Shown here: positions 1 to 12,009 of the stretch, one piece after another
Position numbering within the stretch: the stretch's first letter is position 1
Layout: each line of letters starts with the position of its first letter
From: Takakia lepidozioides
Lineage: Eukaryota > Plantae > Bryophyta
DNA: 64,000 bases
NCBI GenBank assembly: GCA_030704615.1
Contig: CM060732.1
Location: forward strand, 18,166,001 to 18,230,000
Reading direction: 5' to 3'
Position numbers and translations under genes: made by a program
The notes under the pieces: model-generated
What the model saw: only the letters and a program-made list of their open reading frames with translations
Told to the model about the DNA's origin: nothing
Database searches by the model: none

Positions 1-600
1 TGCCCAAAAACTAGGGAAGGGGCTGGGCTTTTGGCTCAGCCTCGACTTTTTCAAAGTTAGTAAACAGAGGTACATGCACAATTCCCTTGATAGATTTGAA
101 GAGAGCGTCTCTTTGGTGAGAGAACCCCGGACAGTGTATCAGAAAATGAGTACTGTCTTCAGATTGCCCACACAACGGGCAATTGCACTCTTCCTTTCCT
201 CTCTGCTTCTGTTTGTTGTTCAAAGGTAGGCTTCCTGCCCTGAGTTTAAATTTCAGTCTAGTGCCGAGAGTGGGTAGACCCTTGAGGTCATCGAAGATGT
301 CCTCCCCCATGTCACTGACTGGAAACAAGTTCAGGGAAGTTTTTTTGCCTAACTTCATTTTCATCAGACAATCTCATGGCAACAGACATGGTTGGACACT
401 ACAGTCTCTAAGTCAGATTTATCCAGCAGGGTGAAGACTTGTGGTTCCAGGTCCAGGTCCTTGAGAATCTCTTCTATTGTCTTCTACCAGGACTTAGCCT
501 GTTTGACAGGTCGGTGGGCGGTCCTGTCTCCAAGATATAGAGTCGATTAACTTAGGATATCTGGTGTTGGACATATGATGCAGCTGACCCCACCATCTGA
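1..600 (-). mobile_element. 3' fragment of non-LTR retrotransposon ORF2 (C-terminal zf-RVT-like zinc knuckle)
   Basis: ORF 11-364: RLKFKLRAGSLPLN...CNCPLCGQSEDSTHFLIHC matches the CxxC-x(n)-E-xx-H-xxx-C motif at LINE ORF2 C-termini. Confidence 0.75.
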
Positions 601-2725
601 CCTCCCCCCCCCCAACCAATTTTTTTTCTTTGTTGCCCCCTCTCTCCCTCTGTCTCCCTCTCTACTGGGAATTGGCAGTTTGCTATCAATGTGGATTTTT
701 TGTTCCTCTATCAAGCTTTTTCATCCATACCAGATGAGCCACCAGGATGGACACTGAATTACCTCTAGGATGGTTCTTTTGGCCTTTTCATTCCTCCTCT
801 ATTGACTCTCATCCATACCGGATGAGTCACCATGGAAGAAAAGAATTACCTCTATGGAGGTTGCCAACAACATCCTGTTTTTCCATCCGTACCGGATGAA
901 AAACTACCAGGGTGATAATTTTTCATTCCTCTTTTATTGACTCTTGTTATCCATACCAGATGGTCTGGAAAGGAATGATAGAATTACCTAGATGGAGGTA
1001 AGGCGTTGCCACAGATGATATTCCCTACTTTTTCATCCTGACACATGTAAGGTGTCTATGGGTGATGTGATTATGACCTGGAATTGATCTTTACTACCCC
1101 TAACTATGATTAATTACGGTGGAAATCCTAACCCCTACCCCAAAACCTATTTTTAACCTTGTTACGGATGAAATCCGTCAGGGTTTATGGACTCGTCCTA
1201 CTATTTTTCATCCGCGGATGAAAAATCGGGGGACAACCCTATGTTGTCTCCCCCGCTGTCAGAAGCACGCGATGTGCTTTTGAGCTCGTGAGGAGAATGT
1301 TATGGCGGGCATGGTTCGGTGGCTGCCCTGTTTGTGGTGTCGTACCCATGCTGGACGAGCGCCTGGGGGGGCGCGAAGGCGGCGCCTTGTCTCTCTTGCA
1401 GCGGGAAACACCGCTATGAAAGCAGTGGCATCTTCCCTCCTCTGGCTTTTTCTGTGCTTAGCATGGATGCTTATGATGGGAAGTTCTCTCCCTCTTTTCT
1501 AGTGCCTTGCGTTTGTGCCTGCTTTGCTTCATTGCTTATGTGGTTTGTGGAGGCGGCTTGCTGCGGGTGGTGATGGCGCATAACCCTCTTCCCCAATCGC
1601 TTAAGGTGCCTTTGGAGTTTAGGGATTCTCATTTTTTTATCTCTTTCTCTTGCTTTTGAGTTTCTTAGTTGACATCGATGACAAGTGTGAGGGTCTGTGA
1701 TTCACCTGGGGCTCCACAATCCTCACTAACTTGTTGGTTTTTGTAGGTGAGGATCCTCACCTACTTTGAAGTTTCTTGAGCATGCAGATTGGGATATGGG
1801 CTGAGGAGACCTAGGGTTGTGCGCGCTGTGAGGTGGCTGCTGGCTACAGCCCCGATTTCAACACAACTGCCTTTGACTTGATATGCTCCAGCCTGCGTTC
1901 TGGCCTTTGTCGTTTGTAAGTTATTTTGGCCAAAGAGGATCTGGTTTTTGGTGGTAAGTTTTTGGCGGTTTTGGGTAACTATGGATCTGATGGCCTTGAA
2001 GTTTAAGGCGGCAGCCTGGTAGGGTACTGCCCTGCTCCTTGTCAGGCCCACTTCTGATGTGTACTAGATCGTAGTAAGGTGTTTTTTGCATGTCTTAGCA
2101 TGGAACTCTTGAAGGATGAGGATGGTAAGCTGCAATGGAATCCTACCTACTGTTTTGGATCTGTCATCACATCATGCCTATGACCTGCCATCTGTTTTTT
2201 ATACAAAAGAGGCTGGATCTCGGCTGTTCATGCTGTTTGTTGGTACAAATCTTGAACCTGCAATCTGACAGGCTGCATTCACATTCCCTTGATACCTTGT
2301 ATGATCACATGTCTCCGGGTGAATACAAATGATATGGAATCTACTTCATCTGGATCAAGTTGGACTGCTTGGTGGGATACTGAGATTCTGACAAAATGCA
2401 GGCTGGTCCTTATGCCTTGGCTGATGCATGACATGCCATAATTCATGGCTGAATTGGTAAGCTGCTGGTATATGTACAGGCTGAACCAAGAGGCCTTGCA
2501 GCTTGCACAGGGACAGCAATATCTTATCTTGTCCCACACAAGAACAAACCCCGCCCTCCCACCCTGTTTTGTCTTGGATGATTGGGTGGTGTCTTTTGGG
2601 ATGATTTGACAAGACTGGAAATGTGAGATAGTGCCCTATCCAGGGCTGTTTATGTCTTTAATTGACAATGACCCTTATGGGTCTTGTCCATGGCTTGACA
2701 TGACGTGAATATCTTCCCTCTCTCT
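600..2725 (+). mobile_element. Non-coding unit family A, copy 1 (putative non-autonomous retroelement)
   Basis: Poly-C/CTTTGTTGCCCC(CT)n head, TTTTCATCC/GGATGAAAA-rich segment, structured tail ending ATATCTTCCCTCTCTC. Repeated at 2822, 14638 and 16855. Confidence 0.6.
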
Positions 2726-2821
2726 TATTAACTTTTTCTACCCCCTCTTTCCCTCTGTGTTTTTTTTTTTTTGTGAGCAACACGAAAGAGAGGAGAGAGA
2801 GAGAGAGAGAGAGAGTAGCAA

Positions 2822-4410
2822 CTGCTCAGTCACTCCCCCCCCCCCACCTTTTTGTTTTTTCTTTGTTGCCCCCTCTCTCCCTCTGTCTCCCTCTCTACTG
2901 GGAATTGGCAGTTTGCTATCAGTGTTGATTTTTTGTTTTCTCATCCTCTATCAGGCTTTTTCATCCATACCGGCTGAGCCACCAGGATGGACACTGAATT
3001 ACCTCTAGGATGGTTCTTTTGGCCTTTTCATTCCTCCTCTATTGACTCTTATCCATACCGGATGAGTCACCATGGAAGAAAAGAATTACCTCTATGGAGG
3101 TTGCCAACAACATCCTGTTTTTCCATCCGTACCGGATGAAAAACTACCAGGGTGATAATTTTTCATTCCTCTTTTATTGACTCTTTTTATCCATACCGGA
3201 TGGTCTGATAAGGAATGATAGAATTACCTAGATGGAGGTAAGGCGCTGCCACGGATGATATTCCCTACTTTTTCATCCTGACACAAATGATCTGTCTATG
3301 GATGATATGATTATGGCCTGGAATTGATCTTCACTACCCCTAATTATGATTAATTACGGTGGAAACCCTAACCCATACCCAAAACCTATTTTTAACCTTG
3401 TTGCGGATGAAATCCGTCAGGGTATATGGATTCGTCTTACTATTTTTCATCCATGGATGAATAATCGGGGGACAACCCTATGTCGTCTCTCCCGCTGTCA
3501 GAAGCACGCGATGTGCTTCTGAGCTCGCAAGGAGAGTGTTATGGCGGGCGTGCTTCGGTGGCTGCCCTGTTTGTGGTGTCGTACCCATGCTGGACGAGCG
3601 CCTGGGGGGCGCAAAGGCGGCGCCTTGTCTCTCTTGCAGCGGGAAACACCGCTATGAAAGCAGTGGCATCTTCCCTCCTCTGGTTTTTTCTGTGCTTAGC
3701 AAGGATGCTTATGATGGGAAGTTTTTCCCTCTTTTCTAGTGCCTTGCGATTGTGCCTGCTTTGCTTCATTGCTTATGTGCTTTGTGGAGGCGGCTTGCTG
3801 CGGGTGGTGATGGCGCATAACCCTCTTCCCCAATCGCTTAAGGTGCCTTTGGAGTTTAGGGATTCTCATGTTCATATCTCTTTCTCTGGCTTTTGAATTT
3901 CTTAGTTGACATCGATGACAAGTGTAAGGGTCTGTGATTCACCTGGGGCTCCACAATCCTCACTAACCTGTTGGTTTTTGTGGGGGCTTGTGATGGGACC
4001 AGGTGAGGACCCTCACCTACTTTGAAGTTTCTTGAGCATGCAGATTGGGATATGAGCTAAGGAGACCTAGGGTTGTGCGCGCTGTGAGGTGGCTGCTGGC
4101 TGCAGCCCCGATTTCAACACAACTGCCCTTGACTTGATATGCTCCAGCCTGCGTTCTGGCCTTTGTCATTTTGCCGCCGATGCGCAGCTCGGCCTGACGG
4201 GCTTGTTTCCTGAGGCTTGCATACAAACCATACCCTACCTTTTAATCTTTGACAGCAAAGCCTGAGGATTACTAAGCTAGGTTGTAAGTTATTTTGGCCA
4301 AAGAGGATCTGGTTTTTGGTGGTATATTTTTGGCGGTTTTTGGGTAACTATGGATCTGATGGCCTTGAAGTTTAAGGCGGCAGCCTGGTAGGGTACTACC
4401 CTGCTCCTTG
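2822..4410 (+). mobile_element. Non-coding unit family A, copy 2 (3'-truncated variant)
   Basis: Starts CTGCTCAGTCACTCCCCCC and aligns with 600-2043. At 4410 it switches to a LINE 3'-end sequence. Confidence 0.6.
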
Positions 4411-4520
4411 TGAAGGTAAGTCTTACTATCAACGTCAACCCCTGACAGAGGCAGGTTCTGTCCCTTTTGTTTTCGCTCAAACAGGGCGCGAGGTCAATAG
4501 CCACAAGGCTACGGCAAACA
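4410..4520 (+). mobile_element. Short LINE 3'-end fragment, opposite orientation to the LINE pieces at 11425 and 13896
   Basis: GTGAAGGTAAGTCTTACTATCAACGTCAACCCCTGACAGAGG is the near reverse complement of the sequence at ~11453-11494 and ~13923-13964. Confidence 0.6.
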
Positions 4521-4602
4521 ACGTCTTACGAGTACAATCTTTTAACTTTTTCTGCACCCTCTCTCCTTTGTGGTTTGTTTACTTTTGTGAACAGCAAAAA
4601 AA

Positions 4603-6420
4603 AGAGGGAAGATATACATGTCATGTCAAGACATGGACAAGACCGCTAAGGTCATTGTCATTGAAAGACAAAACAGCCCTTTACAGGGCACCATCTAACA
4701 TTCCCTTTCATGTTTACAATCTCATTTGAATACCCCATTACATTTCAGGGTCTCTGAAAAAACAGGGCGGGAGGGTGGGATTCCAGGTCATTCATATCAT
4801 GAAAGCACCATAGTATGCATCATCATCTCAAAAATTCATTTCAAACTCATTTCAAAAACCAGATTGCAGGTTTGGTTTGAAGATGATGTTTTAGAACCAA
4901 GATATAAGCAAGATTCTTAAAAAGGAAGAAGAAACAAAAGGGTAGAGCCCCCTTAAGCAGGTATAGGCCTGGAATGGTATTTTAAGGCCTCATAAAATAG
5001 TTCTGCCAAGGTGAAAGAGCAGCTCAGAAACCCCTGTTTGTTATCAAGCCATGAAACCAAAATGATATGAGGGCCTTGAAGAATGTGTGTTATCTGTCAA
5101 AGCCTATCCTTTTGATCCATCAGAGTCATACCAAGAAGTCTCATTTCAGAGCCAGGTATCAAAGCAGTCAGAGTAATAACTGCTATTTTGTATCCTTGTA
5201 TCCTTCATAGCTTAACTCCTACACATGCAAATGTGGTTGTAAAAAACCATAAACAGGGGTAAGGAGAGAAGCAGATCCTCATTGGAGCCATCTTGAAGCA
5301 GGTCTGAAGCGGCATGGTGGCAGTTTGAAACATCAGATGGCATCAGCAGCATAGGCAGCAGCAGAATCCACATTTGCAAGAACAGGAGCTGCAAGCTTTC
5401 AAGAAATCAAGACAAGTGAAGACCCTCACCTGTGCCCGTCCCAAAAACCACCACATAACGATGTGTGTTAGTGAGGATGCAGCAGGTAAATGGCAGGTCT
5501 TCACAGTTGCTATCCATACATGTCAGTGTTGAATTCTAAAGCAAGTACAGATCACAATTCAAGCAAGGGTAAACTCAAAAAACCTTGAGTGTTTGTGGTA
5601 TGCCCTGCGCCATGGCGTCCAACAGATCATCTCCAACAGAACGCAATCAGAGTAGAAGCGTTCATAGATAGAGAATGGCTCATACACAAAGAGAGAGCAA
5701 CATGTAATCTGTAGATAAATAGGGATAGAGTACTTCCCAACAAGGAGTAAAAGCGCCGCTGCAAAATAAAGAACCATGAGTTTCTGATCAAAGCGATCAC
5801 CGCTTTGTCGTCTGCCAGAGAAGAATCTGTTTAACCACCAATGCGCATCCCAAGAGCCAGCCATCACGAGTACCATGTAGCAGTAGGGAGCAGGTTTATA
5901 CGGCGCATCATCAAGGTTCACTGAAGCACGAGTTCAGTGCTGTGAAGTGTGTCGGCCTGCTTAGGGCACAACTTCCCGATTCCTCGGGTTCCCTATGCGT
6001 TCTTTAACGCGCATCGGAGATTCTTTTTCTGCGTCTTCCAATAACTCTTTTTCATCCAGGGTGGATGAAAAATCACATTTTACCAAGAGAGGCACTTTGT
6101 CAATGGATGACATCCCATAGAAATGTATCTTTTAGGGTTATGGTATAGGCTTAGGTTTAATAACTGCCATCATTTATGATGGTAGTTTTATTATTCTCTT
6201 GGATTTTAAAATAGGTAACCATTATTTATGTAGATCATCCAGTTTAGATGAGAAATAGATGGTAAATCCAGCTTTCTGTACATTAAGTTTCATCACCCTA
6301 TAATAAAATCATCCAGATTTGGATGAAAAAGGCTGGGATGAAAAACTAAATAACCTCAAAAGGTTAAGGCCAGATGAAACCAAAGAGTTATAGAGGGAGA
6401 GGGAGAGAGGGAGAGAGAGG
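4603..6420 (-). mobile_element. Non-coding unit family B (3' tail / pseudo-LTR of the adjacent Penelope-like element)
   Basis: Near-identical to 12010-13760, 18628-20361 and 24967-26700. Tail is homologous to the family A tail in the opposite orientation. Confidence 0.65.
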
Positions 6421-9400
6421 GACCCACCAGCCAATCCCCTGGCATGGCAAAACCTTACGGAGTGAGTGTGGTATGCACTCACCCCGTAAGGGAGTGCATA
6501 CCAGACCTCTTCTCATAAGGTTTTCCCTCTTCCATGTAGTTCTATCCTCAGATTATACTATCCAAAGGAGTAGAATCCTACATCCTCACTTCCTCGGATC
6601 AAGAATGAAACGTTGGCATAAAATGTATCAGAGCAGAACTAGTATAGTATCACTAGAAAAGAACGGAGAGTTCAATGGTATAACTTAGCTCTGTATAAGT
6701 TTTTAGAAAGTACCTTTCAGTTTCTCAATAAGCTCTTGTACAGGGAAGAGCAGGCCAGGGAATGAACCACGTTCAAGGAATTTTGTCAAGATACGAGCAA
6801 GTTTTTGGTCTTGAAACCATTCATCCCAAGAGTGTTAATCAGAATGCTACACTCCTTCTCAGCCAAATCAGCATTGCTGGAAATGTATATAATAGGCACA
6901 ACTTGTGAAATCACAATGTTATAAGATTGATTCACAGGCCTATTGGATAAGAACTGGATATATTGAGTGTAAGAGAAAGGGAGTAGTCTTCTCTTGTCAT
7001 ATTTCTGGAAATGGAACTCACCTGTGTCACTGTTTGAGACTGTAATCTGGATATTCATGAAACAAGCTTCCAACCCCACGTATTGGGAATCGGTTTTAGT
7101 GCGTAGTAGCTCAGGTTTGATCTCCACTACATTGAGTGGGTAGATCCACCAAGGGTTGTTGCTGCTTCTGTCTGCCCATGGGTCCAGGAATAGCATTGCA
7201 TCACCCACATTCAGCCAGCATATATCATCAATGTATCTGAAGGCAGATTTAAACATAGGCATAAGCTGGAATTGTCCTAAAGCTGCAAGCCTTAAGATGA
7301 ATTTGATTTCATAAGAAAGGAAGTACATGTTGCACCATAATGGTGAGCATGAAAAAACCATAGGTATTCCAGAAATCTGCTGCCACACACGGTCCCCTAA
7401 GGCAACAAAACAGTGTGACATAAGCCATTTGTGGAGCATAAGTAGCTTGACTTCAGAAAGTTCAATCTAGGTACCTGATTTTGGGGAAGACGTGCCCCAT
7501 CTACTTTTTCCGAAAGTACCGTTTTTGGCTGGAATCCATAGAGTATGACGTGCTCGGGGGTGAGACCGATGGTGTTGCTGGAATGCAATCTTCACCACGT
7601 ATTCAATGGCGTCCCCTAAGTTATCCTGTCCTGTCAAAGGTATGTTCTCATAGCATTGTGTAATGTCAGCAACAAGATGTTATGGACTTTTTCAGGCAGG
7701 TTTAGTGTAAAGTCAGTGATGGAGTCAATAATCCAATACATAGCAGTAGATACTTTAAAATTGCTCATAAGTATCCAGCCTTGTCTTGGCCCATTCTTTT
7801 ACCAATGGTAGAAGATCCATGGTAGCCCTTGTAAGAAGGCTAGCTAGTTCACTGAAAACACATTTATGGGCATTGGTAATCCATCTGTATTTTTCTTATG
7901 TAGCTTGTAGATTCCCATAATGTAAGGTAGTCTATAGGAGGGAGCAGGTATCTCCGGAATCAGACTCTGTATTTCCACGGAAATGTTTCCTAGAACAAGG
8001 TCAGGTGGCAGCCATACCTCAGCTTGCTTGCATGGTGTAAAGTCGTTACCCATCAATCTGTGGAAGGCTTGAGTTCTTATGTGCTTTACACACATAAAAC
8101 ATACGTTGTTGTTAGCCTTGTCAAGACCAGAAAAATACAGGTGATTGAGAAGCCATGAAAGTTCATCTTTTGCCTCTTTTACAGTAAGAGGATTGCGCTC
8201 ATGGTGAGTGAAGTCGTACCTTCCTCTGCCGGCTTTTTGTTTCAATCTATCCCAGCATGTGTTTTTTACCCATTGGCAGCAGGTTGCGGCCCAAGATTCA
8301 CATGGGTCTACATGTAAAATTTCACAGGTTCTATGGAAAGCCAAAGACACTTGTTCAACAACGTCTTTCAACAAAGTACGTTTGAGAGGGATGTGATTCA
8401 TACCTAGGCTGAATAGTTCTTTCAGCCTTGCGTGTCTAATAATATTCAGGTCCATGGTACGTACGTGTTGCGTAGGTGTAGAACCAGATAGATGGAATTC
8501 TGTTTTTGTATCCACATCCCGAAAATCATGAAACCTCTTGGCACTGTCACATAGACAATCTGGTGAGTGAATCAGGTCTTGCATAAAGCAAAAATCACGG
8601 AAAACAGCAGCAGGCTGATAGTATTCAGAGCTGCTTTGTTTATGATATGTCCATCCAAAACTATCTCATCGATGAGAATAGCCAAGTCATTTTGTCCAAA
8701 TTCCAAAAAAGCTTCTTTTATCAAGTTCCTAGGGTTTATCCACTCCATACCACGGTTTGGGTACAACATATGAATGAGTCCCAAGGGAGCAGATTTTGCT
8801 GCCTGTTTTATGAATTTCCTGCCATGGGCATGAGTTTCAATTTGTCTGCAACCATCCTCAAGACCAAACAACGCATCTGCACATACAAAGTAGAGGAACA
8901 TACCAAAAATGAGATTTTTAAAGATCTGTCCATGATCCAAAATCTCGTTTGCGTATTGGGGAGAACTCGTCAGTGATACGACGAGTCTTGTATGACTCCT
9001 GGCTGGCGATGTTGATGGTGGTACTGGAATTAGCACCCGAACCCCCAAGTGATGACCGATTCGTTGCTCTTGAATTCTCAGAGGTGTTGGTAGTAGAGTA
9101 TTGTCCCCTGCCAGAGCGTCCTCCTCTTTGGTAGGGACCTCTTCCACGACCAGGGGTGCCTCTGCCTCGAGTGGCATTGTTCTTGCCTTGTTGAGGAGGC
9201 GTCTGCCCCTCCATACGCTGCCGTTTGTAGCTATTGAATTGTGGCCTGGGAAGGTTGTCTGAAAAAAAACCCAGGTTTCACAAGTTTCTCAATGTATCTG
9301 GCCCCCTTGGATTCTCCTAACTTCCAAGCAACTTGGCTTGGGGGTCAATTGAGAATTCACAAGCTGCTTCCATTATGAAGCCCCGGGTCATCTGGAAGGT

Positions 9401-10635
9401 AATTTGTGCAAGTACAGCAGATCTGGCAGCCCGCATGATCCACACCAGAAAGCTGTAATACTTGGTTTGCACCGAAGGATAGGCATCATCAGGGAAGAAC
9501 ACAATCAGATTGTTCAGCATATACCATACCATATGGTCAAACCAAGCAACACTCCCAATGCAAGAAGAGGGTGCCCCTCCTTGTCCACAGTTACATCTTA
9601 TGTAGGGACGATGCCAGTTGAAGAGTTGACTCTTGTGATTTTTGGGAGCCGAACCAGTCGGCAAGTCATTTTTGGTCCTCAAGGTAAGGTTCTCACCTTT
9701 GTCACAGAGCTTGTAGTAGAAGGTCCTTAGTGGCCATGCCACAACAATAGGTTCCTTTTTTATTCTCTGAAAACCCTCCTTAGCATCTGTGCACATCTAC
9801 TGCGTTAGCAGGGTTATGTTGCCCCATTTGACCCACATTTCAATAGAAATGGGTGCCAATAAATTGATATTAGCATGTGGGTGCCACATCATGTGGTCGT
9901 TATTGGCAACCTCTAATTCAACTGCACGGGGAGGCAACCAAGGGACAAACTGCAGATTTCCAGGAGTGGCACCTGCTGCCCTTTCTTGTTCCACTTGTGA
10001 GATTTCTACTTGTTCACAGAATTCTCTCACTGCCTTTTTCTTCATCCGGTAAAATCATGTGCCAAGGATTGGGTGATTACTTACAGAAGGGATGAAGTCT
10101 TTTTCAGATGTTTGTAGATTTCTGCGTGGAGACAGTCTGGTCATCTTCTGGGTTCGCCATTCTAAGAGCTGCCTCAATGGCTGATCCCTTCTTTTCCCAT
10201 TGTATCAGCTCCTCGGCATCATCTTCCAGTACCTCAATCATTTTAGTATTGAATTCCTGGAGCTTCTCCAGGTACCTGCCATTCTTATTTGCCATGATGC
10301 CAAGTGCAACCCAATTTTCCAAAGCCAAGTTTCAAGTAATAACACGGGGTTTTCATCACCTGAATTTTCCACGGCCTCAGTATCCATCTTTGCAATGCAG
10401 CATGGAAGTACTTGGTGTGACTTGTGCGAGGGTTGCTTGCACAGCAGGAATTGGAGGAGGTAGTGGGGACTGATACCCCGGGGCTATGAGGTCCTCATTC
10501 CAGCTAGGACCTCCTTTGGTGACTTTCTGTCAAAGCCCCCCGAGAACATTTGTCAATATATCAAAATGAGAAGGTGAAAATGAGAAGGGTAAGGGTAGAT
10601 GGTGTGTACAAAAACCACTAAGTACACTGATCAAA
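6421..10635 (-). mobile_element. Penelope-like retroelement (Naiad/Chlamys-type RT), copy 1, frameshifted
   Basis: Motifs CLC...HVRTMDLNIIRHARLKELFSLG, GLDKANNNVCFMC, QQISGIPM.FSCSP, FRYIDD and the thumb YDKR...SN.P...Y...SQ, all characteristic of PLE RTs. Confidence 0.85.
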
Positions 10636-10639
10636 TAAA

Positions 10640-11372
10640 GAGAGGGAAGATATACATGTCATGTCAAGACATGGACAAGACCGCTAAGGTCATTGTCATT
10701 GAAAGACAAAACAGCCCTTTACAGGGCACCATCTAACATTCCCTTTTTACAATCTCATTTGAATACCCCATTACATTTCAGGGTCTCTGAAAAAATAGGG
10801 CGGGAGGGTGGGATTCCAGGTCATTCATATCATGAAAGCACCATAGTATGCATCATCATCTCAAAAATTCATTTCAAACTCATTTCAAAAACCAGATTGC
10901 AGGTTTGGTTTGAAGATGATGTTTTAGAACCAAGATATAAGCAAGATTCTTAAAAAGGAAGAAGAAACAGCAGGGTAGAGCCCCCTTAAGTAGGTATAAG
11001 CATGGAATGGTGCTGTGAAAGGTGTCGACCTGCTTAGGGCACAGATCCCCGATTTCTCATCCAGGGGGGATGAAAAGTCGCATTCTAGCAGGAGATGCAC
11101 TTGTCAATGGATGACATCCATCAAAAAGATAACTTTTAGGGTTAGGGTATAGGCTCAAGTTTAATAACTGCCATCATTTATAATAAATGATGGTAAAATT
11201 ACTCTCTCCAGGATTATAATAGGTCACCATCATTCATGGAATTCATCCGTTTGGATGAAAAAGGGAGAAAACAAATGATAAACCAAGATTTATGCACAGT
11301 AAGGGTCATCATCCTAATAATTTCATCCAGATTTGGATGAGAAAGGAGATTAGGATGAAAAACCAAAAATCC
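10640..11372 (-). mobile_element. Short B-related unit (B 3' end joined to a diverged GGATGAAA-rich segment), directly upstream of PLE copy 1
   Basis: 10640-11010 matches 4603-4978. 11010-11370 is a diverged version of 5935-6350. Confidence 0.6.
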
Positions 11373-11373
11373 G

Positions 11374-11965
11374 CTGCTCAGTCACTCCCCCCCCACATTC
11401 TTGTTTTTCTTTGTTGCCCCCTCTCTTGGGGAAACAAAAGGGACAGATCCTACCTCTGTCAGGGGCTGACGTTGGTAGTAAGACTTACCTTCACATATAG
11501 AATTAATCCGGATTTTAGATATCCTCTACAAATCCCTTCACACAAGCATCAATCTGTTGTGTGTGAGTTGCCCAAAAAACTAGGCCTCAGAAGGGGCTGG
11601 GCTTTGGCTCAGCCTCGACTTTTTCAAAGTTAGTAAACAGAGAGGTACATGCACAATTCCCTTGATAGATTTGAAGAGAGCATCTCTTTGGTGAGAGAAC
11701 CTCGGACAGTGTATCAGAAAATGAATAATGTCTTCAGGTTGCCCACCATACATGGTTGGACACTACAGCCTCTAAGTCAGATTATCCAGCAGGGTGAAGA
11801 CTTGCGGTTCCAGGTCCAGGTCCTTGAGAATCTCTTCTACTGTCTTTACCAGGACTTAGCTGTTTGACAGGTCGGTGGGCGGTCCTGTTTCCAAGATATA
11901 GAGTCGATTAACTTAAGATATCTGGCGTTGGACATATATTGCAGCTGAACCCACCATCTGACCTT
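11374..11965 (-). mobile_element. Unit head motif (plus orientation) followed by an internally deleted copy of the LINE 3' fragment
   Basis: CTGCTCAGTCACTCCCC head, then sequence matching 13896-14637 with the ~170-385 equivalent deleted near 11747. Confidence 0.65.
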
Positions 11966-12009
11966 GAATTTATCTCGTCGGGAGCTTAAAAGAGAGCAGC
12001 ACAGAAGAG

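Noticed and set aside
1302-6000. Short ORFs within A and B units as real proteins
   Set aside because: They have no recognisable domains, and frames and stops differ between near-identical copies.
8840-8930. GIY-YIG endonuclease in GMFLYFVCADALFG
   Set aside because: It lacks the YIG/YVG, Arg and Glu spacing; only superficial similarity.
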